From: Thalia democratica
Taxonomy: Eukaryota
Direction: 5' to 3'
Length of the DNA: 64,000 bases
Assembly: GCA_965202585.1 (NCBI GenBank)
Contig: OZ241831.1
Coordinates: 60,822,001-60,886,000, forward strand
Part shown: piece after piece, positions 61,945-64,000 of the stretch
How positions within the stretch are numbered: the first letter of the stretch is position 1
Layout: the number at the start of each line of letters is the position of its first letter
Position numbers and translations under genes: made by a program
The notes under the pieces: generated by a model
Database searches by the model: none
Seen by the model: only the letters and a program-made list of their open reading frames with translations
Told to the model about the DNA's origin: nothing

Positions 61945-62001
61945 CTGGCTGATGATCAAAGCTTTATGAAAAATTAAAGCTTTGTGAAACATATGTTCCA
62001 G
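61945..62001 (+). ncRNA. Candidate minimal type I hammerhead ribozyme
   Basis: CTGG-CTGATGA-T-CAAAGCTTT-loop-AAAGCTTTG-T-GAAAC-ATAT-GT-T-CCAG: stems I, II and III all pair. Stem III is the palindrome ACATATGT; stem II is closed by U-U. Confidence 0.6.
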
Positions 62002-63556
62002 AATTTTTAAAATCGCCATTTGAATAAATTATATATATATATATATATATACATTTTTAATATTTTTTATATTGCTTTCTATTGAACACAAATATTGCCG
62101 ATGAAAGCATGTAGTGCGCTGAAACACCTGTACAAGAAAACAAAAACATGTAAATTAGTGATAAAAAAAACAACGGATTAAAACAATCAACTTAATTAAG
62201 ATTGACTTTTATACTATACAAATATCATAGTTGTAAGCATGATTACGTAGTTTATAAATATAAAAACCAAGTTTTTAGTTTAGTTGTTTGTTTTAATTCG
62301 TTGTTTTTTTTTAACAGATATTACACAACATACTAAAATAAATAACAAGGTATTTCTACATTAGATTTACTAAGATAATCTTAATACTATGTGTTATTAC
62401 CAAGTAGCTTAAGATTGCTTGATCATAAAAATTATTTTATAATTTTTTGCTAAGTAATCAATAAAGTTAAAAGTTCATGATTCAGAATTACTTCTTATAA
62501 CGAATTTAAATAATTTACTGTAAAAAAGTGTTATTATTAGTATACTATATTGATAGTTTTAAAAGTATTGAATAACTAAAAGTTTCTTTAGGATAAACAA
62601 TTAAGTATCATTTAATAATAAAAGTTTTAAGTATTAATTTAAAAATAATAAAGAAATAGTTATGAATGTTTCACAAAGTTCAGATTAAAAGCCACTTTAT
62701 TTATTAAGTCAAGTTTACATTAATAAAAACAAATGTTAAGTATATAGCATAATTTTTTTTATGACTATTACCAATTTGTTCAAATATTTCTAAATTTAAG
62801 TTTTAAATCATAGATAATTATTTTTGCTATATTTTCACGGGTTTAGTTTTTATTTGAGTATTTACACCAAACAATGTTTCAGTTGAATTACCAATTGTTG
62901 TTGAATTCAATAATTTACTAACTGTTTTTTATATTAAATAAAAGTTAATTAGAAACTGAACACATCAGCGGTTAAACAAATTTAAGAAAAATAATCTTCA
63001 AAAAAAGTATACGGATCATATTATAAACAACTAATGCAATAAATATATAATTCTGTTTCCAAGCTTAGAACTTTCTAATCAATTCAGCAATCCAATATTT
63101 TTAAATTTTAGTTTTTTTGTCTTGAGTTAAAAGTTTCTAAAGTCAATGTCGATTTTAGTAACAGAAGGGCGTATTAGGTTAAATGGATCTTAATTTAAGT
63201 AATTTTAAGCTTTTTTTATTTTCAAGTACAGATTTTATTAGTAGTCTATTTTCTATCCTGAGTTATGTTAAGAAATATACAAATGTTAACTTTATAATTC
63301 AGGCATATTGTTCAAAGTGTTTGCGTTACCTCGCGTTACACAAAACCAAAGTTTTTTCTTAATATGTTTTATGACCTAATTTAAATAGTACAAACGTTTT
63401 TATCTTTACTTTTATTAATTACAATCAAAAGTTTCGTCAACAGTTGATGTTAAGTTACTAATCCTTGACGAATCTTTTTTCACGTCAGTCAATGCATTAT
63501 TACGTCCTAGCATCGTCACAAAGGCTTTATAAATCAATATAGCTCATTTCAGACGT

Positions 63557-63629
63557 GCCCGGCTAGCTCAGTCGGTAGAGCGTTGGACTCTTAATCCAAC
63601 GGTCGTGGGTTCGAGCCCCACGTTGGGCG
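63557..63629 (+). tRNA. tRNA-Lys(CTT)
   Basis: Identical to the other three Lys copies; 5-prime flank (TATAAA, ACGTC motifs) is homologous to theirs. Confidence 0.97.
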
Positions 63630-64000
63630 CACTTTTTTTATTTTAAGTACAACAAGAGCTAGTTAATTTTAATTATTTAAAGAAAAGTTATTTTCTAAAG
63701 AAAAATTATAACAATCTTACTTCCTACACATAATTAGTCAAAAGTTTTACACTTGTATTCGTTTTTTTTAACTATGTTTTAGTTATTAAGTGTTTTACAT
63801 GATAAAGTTTGTGAAGGTTTTCATACTAACTTTGATTTTTAATTTATTGTTGTACTTACTAAACAAACTATTAAATTACAGTCATTATAAATAAGGAAAT
63901 ACATTGATCAATCAAGTTTTGTTATTAGTATGTTGCATTATATTTATTTACTAAAATATTCTTCAGGTATTTTTTTTTGAAAATTAAGCTATCCACCTGC

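Larger units (their letters stand above)
61425..62032. repeat. Perfect 297-bp-arm hairpin made of Penelope-like 3-prime tail sequence
   Basis: 61425-61721 is the exact reverse complement of 61736-62032, with the 14-nt spacer GTCGACATATAAAA. Sequence is homologous to ~1070-1210 plus 2208-2365. Confidence 0.9.
24943..62150. repeat. Right arm of giant inverted duplication (expanded by arrays and transposons)
   Basis: Reverse complement of ~897-21893, interrupted by the exon-4 arrays, the partial HEI10 duplication, the hAT composite, the Gypsy element and the 61365-62032 hairpin insert. Confidence 0.93.

Noticed and set aside
897-62150. Whole inverted repeat as an assembly artefact
   Set aside because: The arms carry different transposons with matching empty sites and graded divergence, which a read fold-back would not produce. 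A haplotype mis-join still needs read-level exclusion.

Overview
Very AT-rich animal genomic DNA with spliceosomal introns and pol III tRNA genes; composition and transposon content suggest a Hydra-like cnidarian (inference). Almost the whole window is one giant inverted duplication: left arm ~900-21890, unique ~3-kb spacer, right arm ~24940-62150. Arm identity is ~99% near the centre and ~80-85% at the ends (estimated by eye). The left arm holds an apparently intact six-exon HEI10/CCNB1IP1 meiotic RING E3 gene (minus strand, ~272 aa predicted). In the right-arm paralogue one 33-bp piece of exon 4 (MKLHSRQVSPH) has expanded into two arrays of ~146 and ~141 units whose common variants are all synonymous. 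Copy A (exons 1-2-4, exon 3 deleted in frame) could encode a ~1290-aa RING plus basic-repeat protein. The downstream partial copy B is disrupted by a nonsense codon, a composite hAT insertion and a frameshift. Also present: 21 full-length tRNA genes plus one truncated copy (TATA at about -31; one Ile-Asp pair 8 nt apart), a full-length but disrupted CsRn1-like Ty3/Gypsy element whose gag starts inside the LTR, Penelope-like remnants with candidate hammerhead ribozymes, and several hAT and Kolobok-type non-autonomous elements. No database searches were run; names rest on motif recognition, and identities and counts were made by eye.
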